Shown here: piece by piece, positions 37,113 through 48,831 of the stretch
Numbering within the stretch: the stretch's first letter is position 1
Layout of the letters: every line of letters begins with the position of its first letter
DNA from: Naegleria gruberi
Taxonomy: Eukaryota
Assembly (NCBI GenBank): GCA_000004985.1
Contig: GG738894.1
Reading direction: 5' to 3' (one strand)
Length of the DNA: 64,000 nt
Notes under the pieces: generated by a model
The model's input: only the letters and a program-made list of their open reading frames with translations
What the model was told of the DNA's origin: nothing
Database searches by the model: none
Program-made: the position numbers and the translations under genes

Positions 37113-37424
37113 TGATGAAAATTGTTTTCAACGTTTTAACTGCATTCACCAAATAGAAAACCTTTGTGTGTGAACGACTAATTACCAGTGGAATCACATG
37201 ACTAAAAGCACACATGAACAATAATAGCTAGTGAACATGTTACAGCTTATTAGTTGTTAAATAATATTGTAATACTAAGAATCTCATTCTTTTTAAGGAA
37301 AAGAGCATGAAAAAGTCGCCGATTCAAACAGCATTTCTCCTTATTAAACGCAGTCCATATTCCATTTCATCCATTCTATATTTAAATACCAATTTGTGAT
37401 TCTTTCTTTTTACAATACAAAAAA

Positions 37425-37835
37425 ATGTCCAAAATACTTCCACCATTCACATTAGAAACTGCCCAAAAGAAAGTTAAACTTGCACAAGATAATTGGAATT
37501 CAAAAGATCCAGAACGCATTGCTCTCGCCTACACTGAAGATTGTGAATGGAGAAATAGAAATGAATTCATTAAGGGAAGAACTGATATTAAAAAATTCCT
37601 TAAAAAAAAGTATGCCAAAGAATTAGATTACAAATTGGAAAAATATTTATTTGCATTTATGGATAACAAAATTTCAGTTCATTTTCAATATGAATATCAC
37701 AATGAAAATGGACAATGGTTCCGAGCTTATGGAAATGAGAATTGGGAATTTGATTGGGAATCGGGATTAATGATGAAGAGAGATGCAAGTATTAATGATC
37801 TTGCAATTCAAGAATCCGAAAGGAAATTTAAATAA
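37425..37835 (+). CDS. DUF1348 family protein (NTF2-like fold), bacterial-type
   Basis: 136 aa, intronless. Near-colinear with bacterial DUF1348 proteins as I recall their consensus (not searched): [47 protein letters not shown]...[49 protein letters not shown]...[14 protein letters not shown]. Confidence 0.8.
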   Translation: MSKILPPFTLETAQKKVKLAQDNWNSKDPERIALAYTEDCEWRNRNEFIKGRTDIKKFLKKKYAKELDYKLEKYLFAFMDNKISVHFQYEYHNENGQWFRAYGNENWEFDWESGLMMKRDASINDLAIQESERKFK

Positions 37836-37870
37836 ATCTATTGAAGTATAATTATCCAATCCTAAAAATA

Positions 37871-40800
37871 TTAAATACTGATATTTTCAGCAGTTGGTGA
37901 AGAACAACTGTCATCATTTCCACTCAACATTTGAATCTTTCTCTTCATTAAATTATTGTGTTCCATCAGATCTAACAAGTGACGATTCAATTTTTCACCA
38001 GGTACAACTGTTGTTCGAGGTGTGATTGGAGAGGTGGTTATAATTGGTTCTTCTGGAGTATCGTGTAATTGTGAAAGTGTACTCTCAATTGATTCAATGG
38101 TTGTCTCTTGTGATATTTCTGGTTCAGGTAGAACTGCAGTTCTGAAAGTGAGAAGTGGAGAAGCAACACGAATATCCAATAATTGCATACTCATTCTCAA
38201 CAATTCAGTTTCGTACGATTTCATCTTGGTTCTCAAATTAGTTGTTTGAATGTCCTTCAATTCTGAAAGCTCTTCTGATAATTCCTTAAATTGATTTCCA
38301 AATTGATTCTCCACTATTTGGAATGCATCCTTATCTCCCTTATCTGCCAATAAATTTCTAAAAGTCTCTAGGAGAGACTGTAATTTGAATATTGTCATGT
38401 CAATCTCTTTGGTTTTTTGTTGAATATCATTTCTGAACTTGTCCTTCAATGAACTCAATTTGGAGTATAATACATTAACCAAAGATGATTCATTGGTTGG
38501 AAATTCTGAGGCATCTACTGAATTTGAATTCGATGGTGAAGTAGCTTCTTCCATCGTTGAGGAGGTAGTTGTTGGAGTTGTTGCTACTGTAGGACTGGAT
38601 GTGGCCTTTGAGTTTAGAACAGGGAATGAATTTTGACGTTTCAAATCCTTAAATCTTCTCTCCTTCAATGAATTTGGAATAACCAAAAACAAGGTTGTGT
38701 TCTTGAGACCTGACTTGGCAGTGACACAATTGTCCAATCTCTGAACCAGTGATTCAATAGTATTAGTATCTGGAGGCAATGTATTATTTTGCTTTTCAAT
38801 TGCCAAATTTTCCATTACTTGAGCTTCTGCTAGTGTCTGACCTCCCTGTGCATATTGAGCTATCATTGAGGCTCTCCTGATGGCTTGCAGTGTTGAGTCG
38901 GTGAACTTTTTAGAACGAGCAGAGATACCCATTCGACAACGAAGTCCTCTAAATAAGAGTTTGATATTATTCTTCTGATAGGTGCAAATTCCTTCGAGTG
39001 AGAGAAGAGAATCTGGCCAATCGGCATCCATCATTTTAGTTTGAACTAGGAGTGAGAATTTGAGAGCTTGTCTCGCAGTTTCAAATCCACACACTACTGA
39101 ATCACTCACAATATTGTGGAATTCATCATGTTTCACAGCAGGTGTAGTGTCCATTCCCATATTTTCCTTGAGACATCTCCTCAAAACATCAAAATAGATT
39201 GAAACACTCTTGGTAATGTCCTCGTGTGGAATACTCCACAATTGATTACATCCTTGCAAGTCACAATACACAAAATATTTCAATCTCTCCTCAATGTCAA
39301 AGAATTTAGTTTCGTGAGAAGCATTGAGTGAAACTTCTGGAATGGACATTTTACAATATCCCTCCTTTTCAGCTTCTATAATTTCCAAAATAGAGTACAA
39401 ATCTTCCATATCCTTCTTTACGTGTTCAATTTCTTCCCTAACTGTTGCTTGTTGCATTTTCAATGAATCTTCGAGTTGTTTAATTTTCATGTCCAATTTT
39501 TCTTGTTGAATGGAGGTGGCCAATGAATTCTCAGAGAAGGGTTTCGTTGGAGAATAGGGAACCGAATTGGAATTATTCATCACAGAGAGGTTATTATTCG
39601 ATGAGAACTTTTTAACCATCAGTGGTGAAATGGTAATGGTATTGTTACCTCCACTATTCTTTCGAGGAGGAGATTCTGGAGGCAATTGTGGAAAGACAAT
39701 TTGAGGAGGCGTATTTTCAGAATCGATTCGAGCCGATCCATTGAAAGATCTTGCAGATTTGATTGAAATTGGTGCAGAGGAAACTGAATCATTGCTTCGT
39801 GTCGTAGTTTGTCCATTCACCAACGAGTCAGGAACCAAATAACTCTCATTCTCATCAATTAAAAAGAAGGTGTCATATTTTGGAGCTGTTGGTACAGTTT
39901 TAGAGGTTTGCCTCTCTCGTGTTGAAATACTATCGGTAAGCCACATTGAACTGATTTGCATTCTCAATTTGGCTGTCAATACTAGAGGTGAATTTGATGG
40001 AGCTTCAATTGACAATTTAACTGGAACGAGAATGGTTCTACTCATTGAACCCACTCCACAATAAATCATATGTGGAGGAGTTACAAAATCTGTCAAATTC
40101 AACTTGACAAAACCACTTCTCTTATCACTTGTAATTCTTCCACTGCCACTACTTTTCAATTCTCTAATTTCCAAAACGAGGGGTTTATCTTCCAATAACG
40201 ATTGCATATTCTTGACATAGAATGGTAAAAATGGATCTTCTTGTGAACCACTTCCAGATCCTGAACCATTATTCGAATTTAACATGTTAATTATTTCAGT
40301 TAATGGTTTTTCCTTCTTTGGTTTAAAATCACACACAAAATCATATTCATAATCCTTAAAATCTGCCAAATAAATAATGGAATTCTTTTTAGAGTTTGGT
40401 GAATTTTGATTTGTCGAGTTTGGATTTGTCGATGGAGACATGGATCGACTCCAACACGTATTAATATAATCATAATCTTCAAAAATTGCATCATTGGAAC
40501 ATGTTTTTGAAATGACATTTGCTGGTTCAGTTGCTCCACCAATTACGAAACTATTCGATCCACTTCTACTAAAAAGTGATGAAATACTTGATTCTTCCTC
40601 ATTATTTTGCAATACTTTCCAATGAATGGAATATCTGGATTGTAACAATTTCATTAGGGCATTAGAAACTGCAATCGATTCAGAATCTTCTGAACGTTGA
40701 GAAGCACTTGAAATTCCACTATTTGTACTTCTGGAAGTTTCATTTCCATTTTGTGGTTCATTATTACTGTAATTGTGGAACATTTTGTGTCCTAGTGTGT

Positions 40801-41137
40801 GAATTGAAACATTTCCACTATTATTATTACCAAAAGATGATGAACGTCCCAAATTGGAGTTTCCACCACTTTCGTTTACTTTTTCTAATGATGATGCAAG
40901 TGTCATTAAATCAAAATCTTCCAATGCGAATATATGAATGTTAAATAGACATTTTAATTGTGTAGGATCACTATTATTCGAATTTGATTTAATGGCTGCA
41001 GTAACTTTGCTGTTGGAACGGGCACGTGGCAGGTTAGAGGTTGATGATGAAGATGATGATGGTTTCATATGTCGTTGAACATCGAGACGTCCTTCGTTGG
41101 CGTCGTTTATACTGCCGAATCTAAATAATCTCTTCAT
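37871..41137 (-). CDS. large S/N-rich coiled-coil protein with a divergent class III nucleotide-cyclase homology domain (CHD)
   Basis: 1088 aa, starting at the ATG at 41137. The mid region FVYCDLQGCNQLW...VSDSVVCGF...LRCRMGISAR...TDSTLQAIRRASMIAQYAQGGQTL follows the CHD motif order (FxFxDIxGFT ... GDxxM ... RIGIHxG ... NxAARxxxxAxxGQIL), but catalytic positions are substituted. The N-terminal part is C2-like; there are long coiled coils. Confidence 0.45.
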   Translation of the reverse strand: MKRLFRFGSINDANEGRLDVQRHMKPSSSSSSTSNLPRARSNSKVTAAIKSNSNNSDPTQLKCLFNIHIFALEDFDLMTLASSLEKVNESGGNSNLGRSSSFGNNNSGNVSIHTLGHKMFHNYSNNEPQNGNETSRSTNSGISSASQRSEDSESIAVSNALMKLLQSRYSIHWKVLQNNEEESSISSLFSRSGSNSFVIGGATEPANVISKTCSNDAIFEDYDYINTCWSRSMSPSTNPNSTNQNSPNSKKNSIIYLADFKDYEYDFVCDFKPKKEKPLTEIINMLNSNNGSGSGSGSQEDPFLPFYVKNMQSLLEDKPLVLEIRELKSSGSGRITSDKRSGFVKLNLTDFVTPPHMIYCGVGSMSRTILVPVKLSIEAPSNSPLVLTAKLRMQISSMWLTDSISTRERQTSKTVPTAPKYDTFFLIDENESYLVPDSLVNGQTTTRSNDSVSSAPISIKSARSFNGSARIDSENTPPQIVFPQLPPESPPRKNSGGNNTITISPLMVKKFSSNNNLSVMNNSNSVPYSPTKPFSENSLATSIQQEKLDMKIKQLEDSLKMQQATVREEIEHVKKDMEDLYSILEIIEAEKEGYCKMSIPEVSLNASHETKFFDIEERLKYFVYCDLQGCNQLWSIPHEDITKSVSIYFDVLRRCLKENMGMDTTPAVKHDEFHNIVSDSVVCGFETARQALKFSLLVQTKMMDADWPDSLLSLEGICTYQKNNIKLLFRGLRCRMGISARSKKFTDSTLQAIRRASMIAQYAQGGQTLAEAQVMENLAIEKQNNTLPPDTNTIESLVQRLDNCVTAKSGLKNTTLFLVIPNSLKERRFKDLKRQNSFPVLNSKATSSPTVATTPTTTSSTMEEATSPSNSNSVDASEFPTNESSLVNVLYSKLSSLKDKFRNDIQQKTKEIDMTIFKLQSLLETFRNLLADKGDKDAFQIVENQFGNQFKELSEELSELKDIQTTNLRTKMKSYETELLRMSMQLLDIRVASPLLTFRTAVLPEPEISQETTIESIESTLSQLHDTPEEPIITTSPITPRTTVVPGEKLNRHLLDLMEHNNLMKRKIQMLSGNDDSCSSPTAENISI

Positions 41138-42078
41138 TGTTTCAAAGTTTCGTATTGTTTCGAATAGAGTCTGGAGAAAGTGGTTTTGTAATTTTTGTTA
41201 TAATTGATGATGATGTGATGATAACAAACCTCTCACAGGAAAATTGACTCACAAATCCGCTTGATGATTATTCGAAACTAACTGATTGTTGCCGAAAGAT
41301 GAGTGAGGGATCTTTTTTTGAGAGGGAAAATCGTCTTATTGCTCTAACGCCGGTCACTTGTCAACTCTGCAAGGTTATCAATCTTGGCTGAAAATTGACG
41401 AACCATTCAAATGTACTAAAGAAAAGGAAGTTTCTTACAATAAATACAAAAATTTGATGAGAAGAAGAACATTTCATAAATTTAAATGACGATCATTTTA
41501 ATGGTTTGGAGAAAATTCTACCATTAATTCAGATCTTTGGTAAGGGATTAATTCAGAGTCAGGTTTTTCTTCAATATTTCAAAAACAATGCAAAATTTAT
41601 TCATCTCATTGCAACTTACATTTTGACGATGAGTTTAGATATGAACAAGTTCTCAAATTCGAATGAGAAGAAAACAACACAACATTATATCCTATACGAA
41701 AGCTCCTCATCACTCGAGATTCACAAAAATTGGATTCATTAATCCCAAATCCACCTTCTTGAAACTCATTTATTCAACAAAATGCTAATTTCCTAATAAT
41801 AATACTATAGTATTTTTGAAATCTGACTTCAAATTATGAATCCTCACATTGACATTCCCCTTAAGGTGGCAGCATTCTCAAAATCATGTTGAAATGATAA
41901 AGAACGAAGTGGTTCAATAAATTATTTTGGATTTGACAGCAAAATACTAATTATTATTATTGTCTTTCAAATGTTTTTGAAGAATGAAGATTTCACCACC
42001 AGTATAGATAGAAGTTTTGGATTTTGGTGATGAATAATCATCCAGTCATTATTCGTATAGGATAACACAACAAAAAAA

Positions 42079-43464
42079 ATGAAACTAAACCTCATACTAT
42101 TCCTGTCCCTGATCATTTTCTCATTTCTCTTCCTTGTGGTCTTTTATTTTCAATATCAACATCAAATACGGATAGAGAGTGATTACACACTCCGATTAGT
42201 TGAAAAACAAGTTTCGAATATAAAACCAACGAACAAACTAAATGCACGAGTATTTCCGATAACTTTTATGAGTGCAGATTTGGAGAATTTATTTTTATCT
42301 CGAATATTGAAATCTAATTGTCAAGTTTTCTTGGCTTCATACTATAGTTTTAATTCTTTAGGTGGAATTCTTCCAACTTTTATTGGAAAGGAGAAGAAAA
42401 GTTACATTTATGGTAAGTAATGAGATTAAATTTTTAAATTCAAATATTTATTCGAAAAATTTCTCCTTTATTTTCAATTTTATTAACAAATTAATAATAA
42501 TCCATATTTGTACAACTTTCGAATAGGTCACGGTAAAAAATATTACATTTTGGAACAATTTCTGAATAGCAAATCTTCATCCTATATCAAAGATGATGAT
42601 TTCATCTTCTTTGCTGATGGAATGGATGTAATGTTTTATGATAATTTACAAAGAGCTGTGGAAATTTATATTTCCTATTTGAGATTGGAAGGATTTGATG
42701 TGGAGAGAGATAGAGAAAAGGATTGGCCGATATTGTTCAATGCTGAGAAGAATAGACATCCATTTCCAAGAAATTTCTATCAATTTATTAAGGTAAGATT
42801 TTGAGAAATTTAATTTTGGAATTTTACAAATTTGGAAATTTAATTTTTTCAGAATTTGGATATTAAAATTTTAATTGAGAAATATGTTCGTCAACAAAAT
42901 TATCCAAAGAAGCCATATTGTGCTCCATCCACTTTCAACTTTATTAATTCTGGAGTTTATATTGCAAGGAAACGAGATGTCAAAAGTTACTTGAGAACAA
43001 TATTTGAAAAAATTGTAAAGGATCCAAAATTCCTCGATAATGACGATCAAGGAATAGCCCATTATGTACACATATCCAATTCATATCATCCAGTCTACCC
43101 AATCATGACTGATTGTAATCTTGCTCTCTCAATAACTACCTTCAACTCGTGTGAAATCTTCAGATCCAATGATGGAGCCACTTGTCAAGTTGCAGATCCA
43201 ATTAATGGAGCAAGACCCATTTCAATTCATAGTGCAGGATTGGGATGCAAACAATTTTGCCCCTGTCTCTCCACTAGTGTGAATCAAAGTCCATTATCGA
43301 ATTCAATCACTTCTACTGATTTACATGATTTGAAAAAGGATTTTGGAGTAATTGTCTATGATAGTGATCATGATTCGATAACCATTCGGCCAGTATTGGA
43401 ATTTTGTGGAAAGGAGACATTGTTTAATATCGAACAAGATAAGTGCGTCTATAAGAATTATTGA
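42079..43464 (+). CDS. type II membrane protein, nucleotide-diphospho-sugar transferase-like (putative glycosyltransferase; 3 exons, ~403 aa)
   Basis: join(42079..42412, 42527..42792, 42853..43464). Introns are GTAAGT..AATAG (114 bp) and GTAAGA..TTTCAG (60 bp), with phases consistent with the ORF-track frames. It has an N-terminal signal-anchor helix, a DxD-like FFADGMDVMF segment and NSGVYIARKRDV (compare NSG(F/V)..R in GT-A enzymes). The family assignment is tentative. Confidence 0.45.
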
Positions 43465-43612
43465 TTTGGTTTAAAAAAATTCTCAATACTATTTAAGGGG
43501 AGAAAAAAACAATTATGAAAATTCAAAAGGTCAATAAGTTTATTTTGTAAATTTACAATCCAAATAATAAAATACTAGGTATTTTTAAAAACTCAATAAC
43601 AAACATTCATAA

Positions 43613-44512
43613 TTATTGAATGAATCTATTCAAGGTACGATAAAGCCAATATTCAACCAATGAAGTTGTACATTGAGGTAAAGTCAAGATGGCACTCTTA
43701 ACATAGGTTGACAAGTAGTGATCCTTCTTTGGCTTACTCTTCAACAAGAGTTGCTTGGAATAAATTTCAAGTGGTAAACAAGCCAAACGACCAACAACCA
43801 TTCCAAGAGTTTCAACAAGTACTTCCTTAGCTCTATGATCTGAAGAATCATGATTATTGACAGCTTCATCACTAACATTACCCAGACTTGCATCATTTCC
43901 CAATATCATTTGACTAATACCCAAACTAATTGAATGAACAAGGAATGAATGAGCTACATGAATTGCAAAACCTTGCCAATAAGTGGTATTATCACCATCT
44001 TCAACCTTAATCACTTCACATGAACGACCTCTCTTTGTAACTAATCTACTCTCCTGATCCAACAAGATGTAGTACAATGGGAATGTTGAGGCAGAAATGA
44101 TGGCATGTTCCAATGGTTTATATGAAGACAAAGGTACCCAAGTTTGTCTATTCATCAAGGATGTGAAAAAGATGTGACCCAATTGATACAAGACCAACTT
44201 ATTCATCAATGGTCTTTCAAAGTATTGAGACAAACGTTTCTGGAATGTGGAGGATTGAGATGCTTCCTCATCCTCACGATCTGGTGTATCACTTATGGCT
44301 ATGAGAGTCTTTTGGACACTGAATGGAGCATACAAGGCAATACGAGAGAGTGAGAGGGAGAATACTCCCATACCACCATGTTTGATAACCTTGTAGAGTT
44401 TGTTATTGGAGCCGTGTGAGGTGCTCAATGTCTTGCCATGGACAACAACTTCAGGTGGAGAAGTGATGGTTGTACGAGTGGTTGTGGTGGTAATTCTTGT
44501 TTGTTCGACCAT
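43613..44512 (-). CDS. hypothetical membrane protein with six hydrophobic segments (weak, mitochondrial-carrier-like size and topology)
   Basis: 299 aa from the ATG at 44512. Six predicted TM helices in three pairs. The Px[DE]xx[KR] carrier signatures are poorly conserved (PLEIYSKQLLLK). Confidence 0.3.
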   Translation of the reverse strand: MVEQTRITTTTTRTTITSPPEVVVHGKTLSTSHGSNNKLYKVIKHGGMGVFSLSLSRIALYAPFSVQKTLIAISDTPDREDEEASQSSTFQKRLSQYFERPLMNKLVLYQLGHIFFTSLMNRQTWVPLSSYKPLEHAIISASTFPLYYILLDQESRLVTKRGRSCEVIKVEDGDNTTYWQGFAIHVAHSFLVHSISLGISQMILGNDASLGNVSDEAVNNHDSSDHRAKEVLVETLGMVVGRLACLPLEIYSKQLLLKSKPKKDHYLSTYVKSAILTLPQCTTSLVEYWLYRTLNRFIQ

Positions 44513-44966
44513 TCTCTCTTGTTTGTTTACTACTATTAGTTAAATTGTAATCAATGATGAATCTAAAGAATTGTTTGTTATCAATGTGACGATGACCAAT
44601 GTAATCAGAAAAGTGTAATTATGCTGATGAACTTGTTCCGAGATGCTGATGATCAAGTGATGAATTTTTTAATAGATTGGTTTCAGTTGGAGAAGGATTA
44701 CTTTTGCAGCTTCTTCTTAAAGCAAACAACCAAAAGAATTAATTATCTTTAAAGAGAATTACTCTAAAAGATTATTTTCAATTCAATCAATATTCGACAC
44801 AGGGATATAATAACTGTCGTAATCACATTGAACAATAGCTTAATCGGAGATTGTAAGCTTGGACATGAACGTAAAAGAAAATGATTGTTATTAGTAATTG
44901 AACAGATAAAGAACTTTCAAATTAAAATAAGTTTTTTTGTTTATATATTTAAATCAGATTGGGCAC

Positions 44967-45743
44967 TTATTGATCCATACCCCATTCAGCAGTTTGACCA
45001 CCTTCACCTTCGTATTCTTCAGCTTCTTCAGTAGTTTCAGCAGCAACAACAGCTTGAACCTTGGTTTCTTGAGATTCCTTAGCTTCTCTTTCTTCCTTCT
45101 TTTCATCGAGATCTCTGTGCAAGAACAAGTCTGGCTTGACATCCCATTCCTTCTTTCTGGAGACAACACCCTTCAATCTCAAAACTTCTCTAGCCAACAT
45201 CCAGTACATCAAAGCAATGGAGTTCTTGTTCTTGTTATTGACTGGGATAGCAATATCGACGAACTTGAGTGGAGAATCAGTATCAGCGAAAGCAATAACT
45301 GGAATGTTAGCCTTGGAAGCTTCCTTGATAGCTTGATAATCGCTTCTTGGGTCAGAAACGATCAAGACTCTTGGTTCCATGAACTTAGCTTGGACTTGAT
45401 TGGTGAAAGTACCTGGAGTGAATTTACCAGCCAAATAGTTAGCACCAGTGTAAGAACCGAACTTGAGGACAGCTCTATGACCGTATTGCTTGCTTGAGAT
45501 AGCACAGATATCCTTTGGATTTTCAATGGTAACAAGGACTCTAGCAGCGAGCAACAACTTTTCGTGGGTCTTAGCAACGTTGATGACGTGAGTACCGTCC
45601 TTTTGGGATCTACCGTGGACATACTTTTGCATATCAGTTTCCAAATTCTTGGTACCCTTGTGGCATTCACAAGCCAACATTTGTTGGACATCAGTTGGAG
45701 TCAAGTCCAAGATGTTACTCTTTGCGTTCTTGGTCAAGGACAT
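44967..45743 (-). CDS. RPSA: 40S ribosomal protein SA (uS2, laminin-receptor type)
   Basis: 258 aa. Colinear with eukaryotic RPSA: [81 protein letters not shown]. Acidic C-terminal tail. Confidence 0.95.
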   Translation of the reverse strand: MSLTKNAKSNILDLTPTDVQQMLACECHKGTKNLETDMQKYVHGRSQKDGTHVINVAKTHEKLLLAARVLVTIENPKDICAISSKQYGHRAVLKFGSYTGANYLAGKFTPGTFTNQVQAKFMEPRVLIVSDPRSDYQAIKEASKANIPVIAFADTDSPLKFVDIAIPVNNKNKNSIALMYWMLAREVLRLKGVVSRKKEWDVKPDLFLHRDLDEKKEEREAKESQETKVQAVVAAETTEEAEEYEGEGGQTAEWGMDQ

Positions 45744-46516
45744 TTCTATGAGAGTTAAAACACTTTATTCAATGGTCGAGATAACTTACTGTAAGAGCTT
45801 GATTATTTTTTTTTCAACAAGTTTTTTAATTTTTTGGGGTTGAGTATGTTTTACAATGAAAACTCTGCTGATGCATTTTTACCACTCAAAAGCTTCTCTA
45901 AGCAACTAAAAATTCTTAAAGCCAAAACAACAACAGAATTTGAAGCCTTCATATCAGAGTAAATGGATCAACAAAATGTAATCATTACATTGGTAGTGAT
46001 TTATTGAACATCAATAATAATTTCATCATCATGAATAGTAATTTTTAATCTCATCACCCATGTTCCAACAACAATAATCATAAAAACACGGAAAGGAGAA
46101 CAAAATATGAAATTAATTGATTGATTGGGAATTAATACTTATTCATCATCATTATTCATCATTAGACAATCAATTATTATTATTATTATCGGAATAATTC
46201 AGATCGTCTCAACTCATCAATACGTTTTCTCTGGATACAAAACCTCAACAGAAACAAGTAATAGAAATTGAATAACAAAATATTCATTGCACAATGAATC
46301 AAAACAATCATCATCTAGAGACAAATTGAGTGAAATCCATGTCATCTCAAAACCATCAGTGGAAGGAAATTTCGCTTCAACCCCAATGCACTACCAACAA
46401 ATTTTGGAAATTTTCTAATTCAATTCCCCACAATACATTATTCGAAATGAATCATCACCAAGGCAACATATTGAGGCACAATCACATTCTTCTCTTCATT
46501 TACTTTTTCAAACAAA

Positions 46517-48334
46517 ATGTTTCAACAGACTCCTCACGATCAACAGAGCAAGAATTGTTACCCATTACTTGTACCAGGTAACGCCAAAAAGAATAGTTTA
46601 CAACACCAGCAATTAGGTGGTTCAAATGGTTCATCCTCTTCATCAACAACTACAAATATTGGCGCCTCAACTGCCAAATCAATTGGCATGCACACTAATG
46701 AAAAGATTTCAAATCAAAGTTTTGGAATGGATCATGTTTCTAACAATGGTAGCAGTAGTAATATTATTGGTGGTGTTTCTTCTACAATGCCACGTGGTAA
46801 CAGTGGCATGAATACTGCTCAATCCTCATATACATCTACCACCCCATTCAATCAAGAAACACTTCCAAGACCCATTGCAACTTTTGAGAAAACAGCACCA
46901 ATCAATTTGAGAGAATTTACTAATGTGGGTGGATACCCATTAGGTCCAAGCAATATGAACCCGTCATCTTTAAGAAATGCATCATCAACAGCTTCCACCA
47001 ATTTATTGAGTAATCTATCCACAACAATACCATCAGCTCCAAGCACTATGGGAAACGCCATCATTTCAATTCCTCCTCAACAAGAGCAACAACAAAATCG
47101 CCAACCAGAACACAATTCTGAACATGGTCCAAAATTGCATTTCTGTAAGAAGCAACTCAAAGAACAAACATGTGCAGAGTTGCATTCAGAGCCAGAATTC
47201 AGAGTCAATGACAAGACCAAACATCCACCTAACACCTTATTCAATGTATCAATTAAGGATGTCTTGACAATTACTGGCTATTTCCTCAATGATTGCGAAA
47301 TGTTCCTTCGATTGGATAATGGATCACAACATGGCTCACCTGTGGGAAGTTGTTTTTTCAAACCAACTACCATGGTGGGTGACAGCTCTAATAGATTATT
47401 TCGTGCCAAAATTGATATCCCTCCATCCCTCAATACAAAAAAGGGAAATACATCCTCTCGTGTTGGTTTTGTAGAGATTTATGATTCGAATAATAAGATG
47501 ATTGCTGTGAGTGATAAGGTAAGGTTTTTATTTTCGACTTGTTCTCTTATTAATACTATTTCACACATTTTGATCACTATTTAACAACAGTTTTGGATAA
47601 GAAGTAGATCGAGAAATCAAATGATCAAAGATGAATCCACAAAGAAGAGAATTCGAATGAACCAGAAGGGTGAAAGTCAAAAGCAACAAAAGGTTTTCCA
47701 CGACTATTCACCAACCTCACCACAATCAGAAACCAATTCCAATCCAGAAAATCAAGAGGAAGAGCTGATTGAGAATGTTCCATCATCAAAGAAGGTACTG
47801 GCATCAGTCCCTCAACTCCAACATCCAGGTCAGTATGCTAATCCCCTATCGGGCGCCCCATCTACTGCACTTGTACAAGCAGGACTTGGTGGCATAGGAT
47901 TTAATTATGATCAAAGAAAGCAATCAATTGCACCTCCTATGACTTCCTTCTCCACTGCCACCACTAGTTTATTACAACAGCAACAACAGGTGGCCAATGA
48001 TTTTTCACTTGGAAATATGACAGATTTTTGGAACACTGCAAGAAACACCACACCAGATTTTCCACAAAATTCTTCCTTCAGTTTTCTTGATAGAGAAATG
48101 AGTAATGCAAGCAATAGTAGAGCTCCAACCACCTCCAACTTACTTACACCTTCCTCTTGGGCCTCGAGCAATAGTCAACAAGGAGAGCCATTGAAAACAT
48201 TGGAAAATCTCGTCAAAAATCAACAACAGAGAATTGAAGAATTGAGTTGTCTCATCGCCAACAATGCAAAACTCATTCACACACTACAAATGCACGTTCT
48301 TTCACTTACCAACCCAATAAACAGTGAACCTTAA
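46517..48334 (+). CDS. S/Q/N-rich hypothetical protein with a central beta-rich, possibly DNA-binding-like, domain (2 exons)
   Basis: join(46517..47518, 47591..48334). The intron GTAAGG...AACAG is 72 bp, phase 0, and both frames are in the ORF track. The conserved-looking block is HPPNTLFNVSIKDVLTITGYFLNDCEMFLRLDNGS...RLFRAKIDIPPS...VGFVEIYDSNNKMIAVSDK|FWIRSR. It has a Q-rich C-terminus with a coiled coil. Confidence 0.45.
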
Positions 48335-48831
48335 CACAAGAGAACATGCAACCCAACCGTAACAACTGTAAAATAAAACACCTTTTAAAAAGCGGCCCCG
48401 CATAACTGTGGAGTAAAATCCACTCACCGTAGGATGTACAAATTGTTAATTCGTTACTGCATTCCCAAAGTCTCTCCTACCAACTCCGTAATTTTTCAAG
48501 TTACAACTCCCACTATTTCATCTATGATAAACTCCTTTTGGCTTGATACCCCCAACGCGAATAGAATTAAAACATTGAAATTCTCCAACTAACTCTCACA
48601 ATTTCAAAAAAAAACACACAAGCTTCCCGCCCAAGGAATCAAAACGAGAATCACATTACACTCTCAATTATTGGCAAAGAAGATACTACCAGTAAGAAGA
48701 AAATATCTTTTAAAAGTATCTGCTACAATCGAACAAGTTCAATAATTGCTTTTTGCATTGGGAACAATTAAATCCTCAAATTCTCCTTCCGATCAAAACT
48801 CCTAGATTTCTCCCAACAAACACTCATAAAC

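Noticed and set aside
48370-48600. A relatively GC-rich stretch with a CCUUUUGGCU segment reminiscent of the U2 snRNA 5' region.
   Set aside because: It lacks the GUAGUA branch-point-recognition sequence, an Sm site and any U2-like stem-loop arrangement. It lies immediately after the stop of gene 46517..48334, so a 3' UTR fits better.
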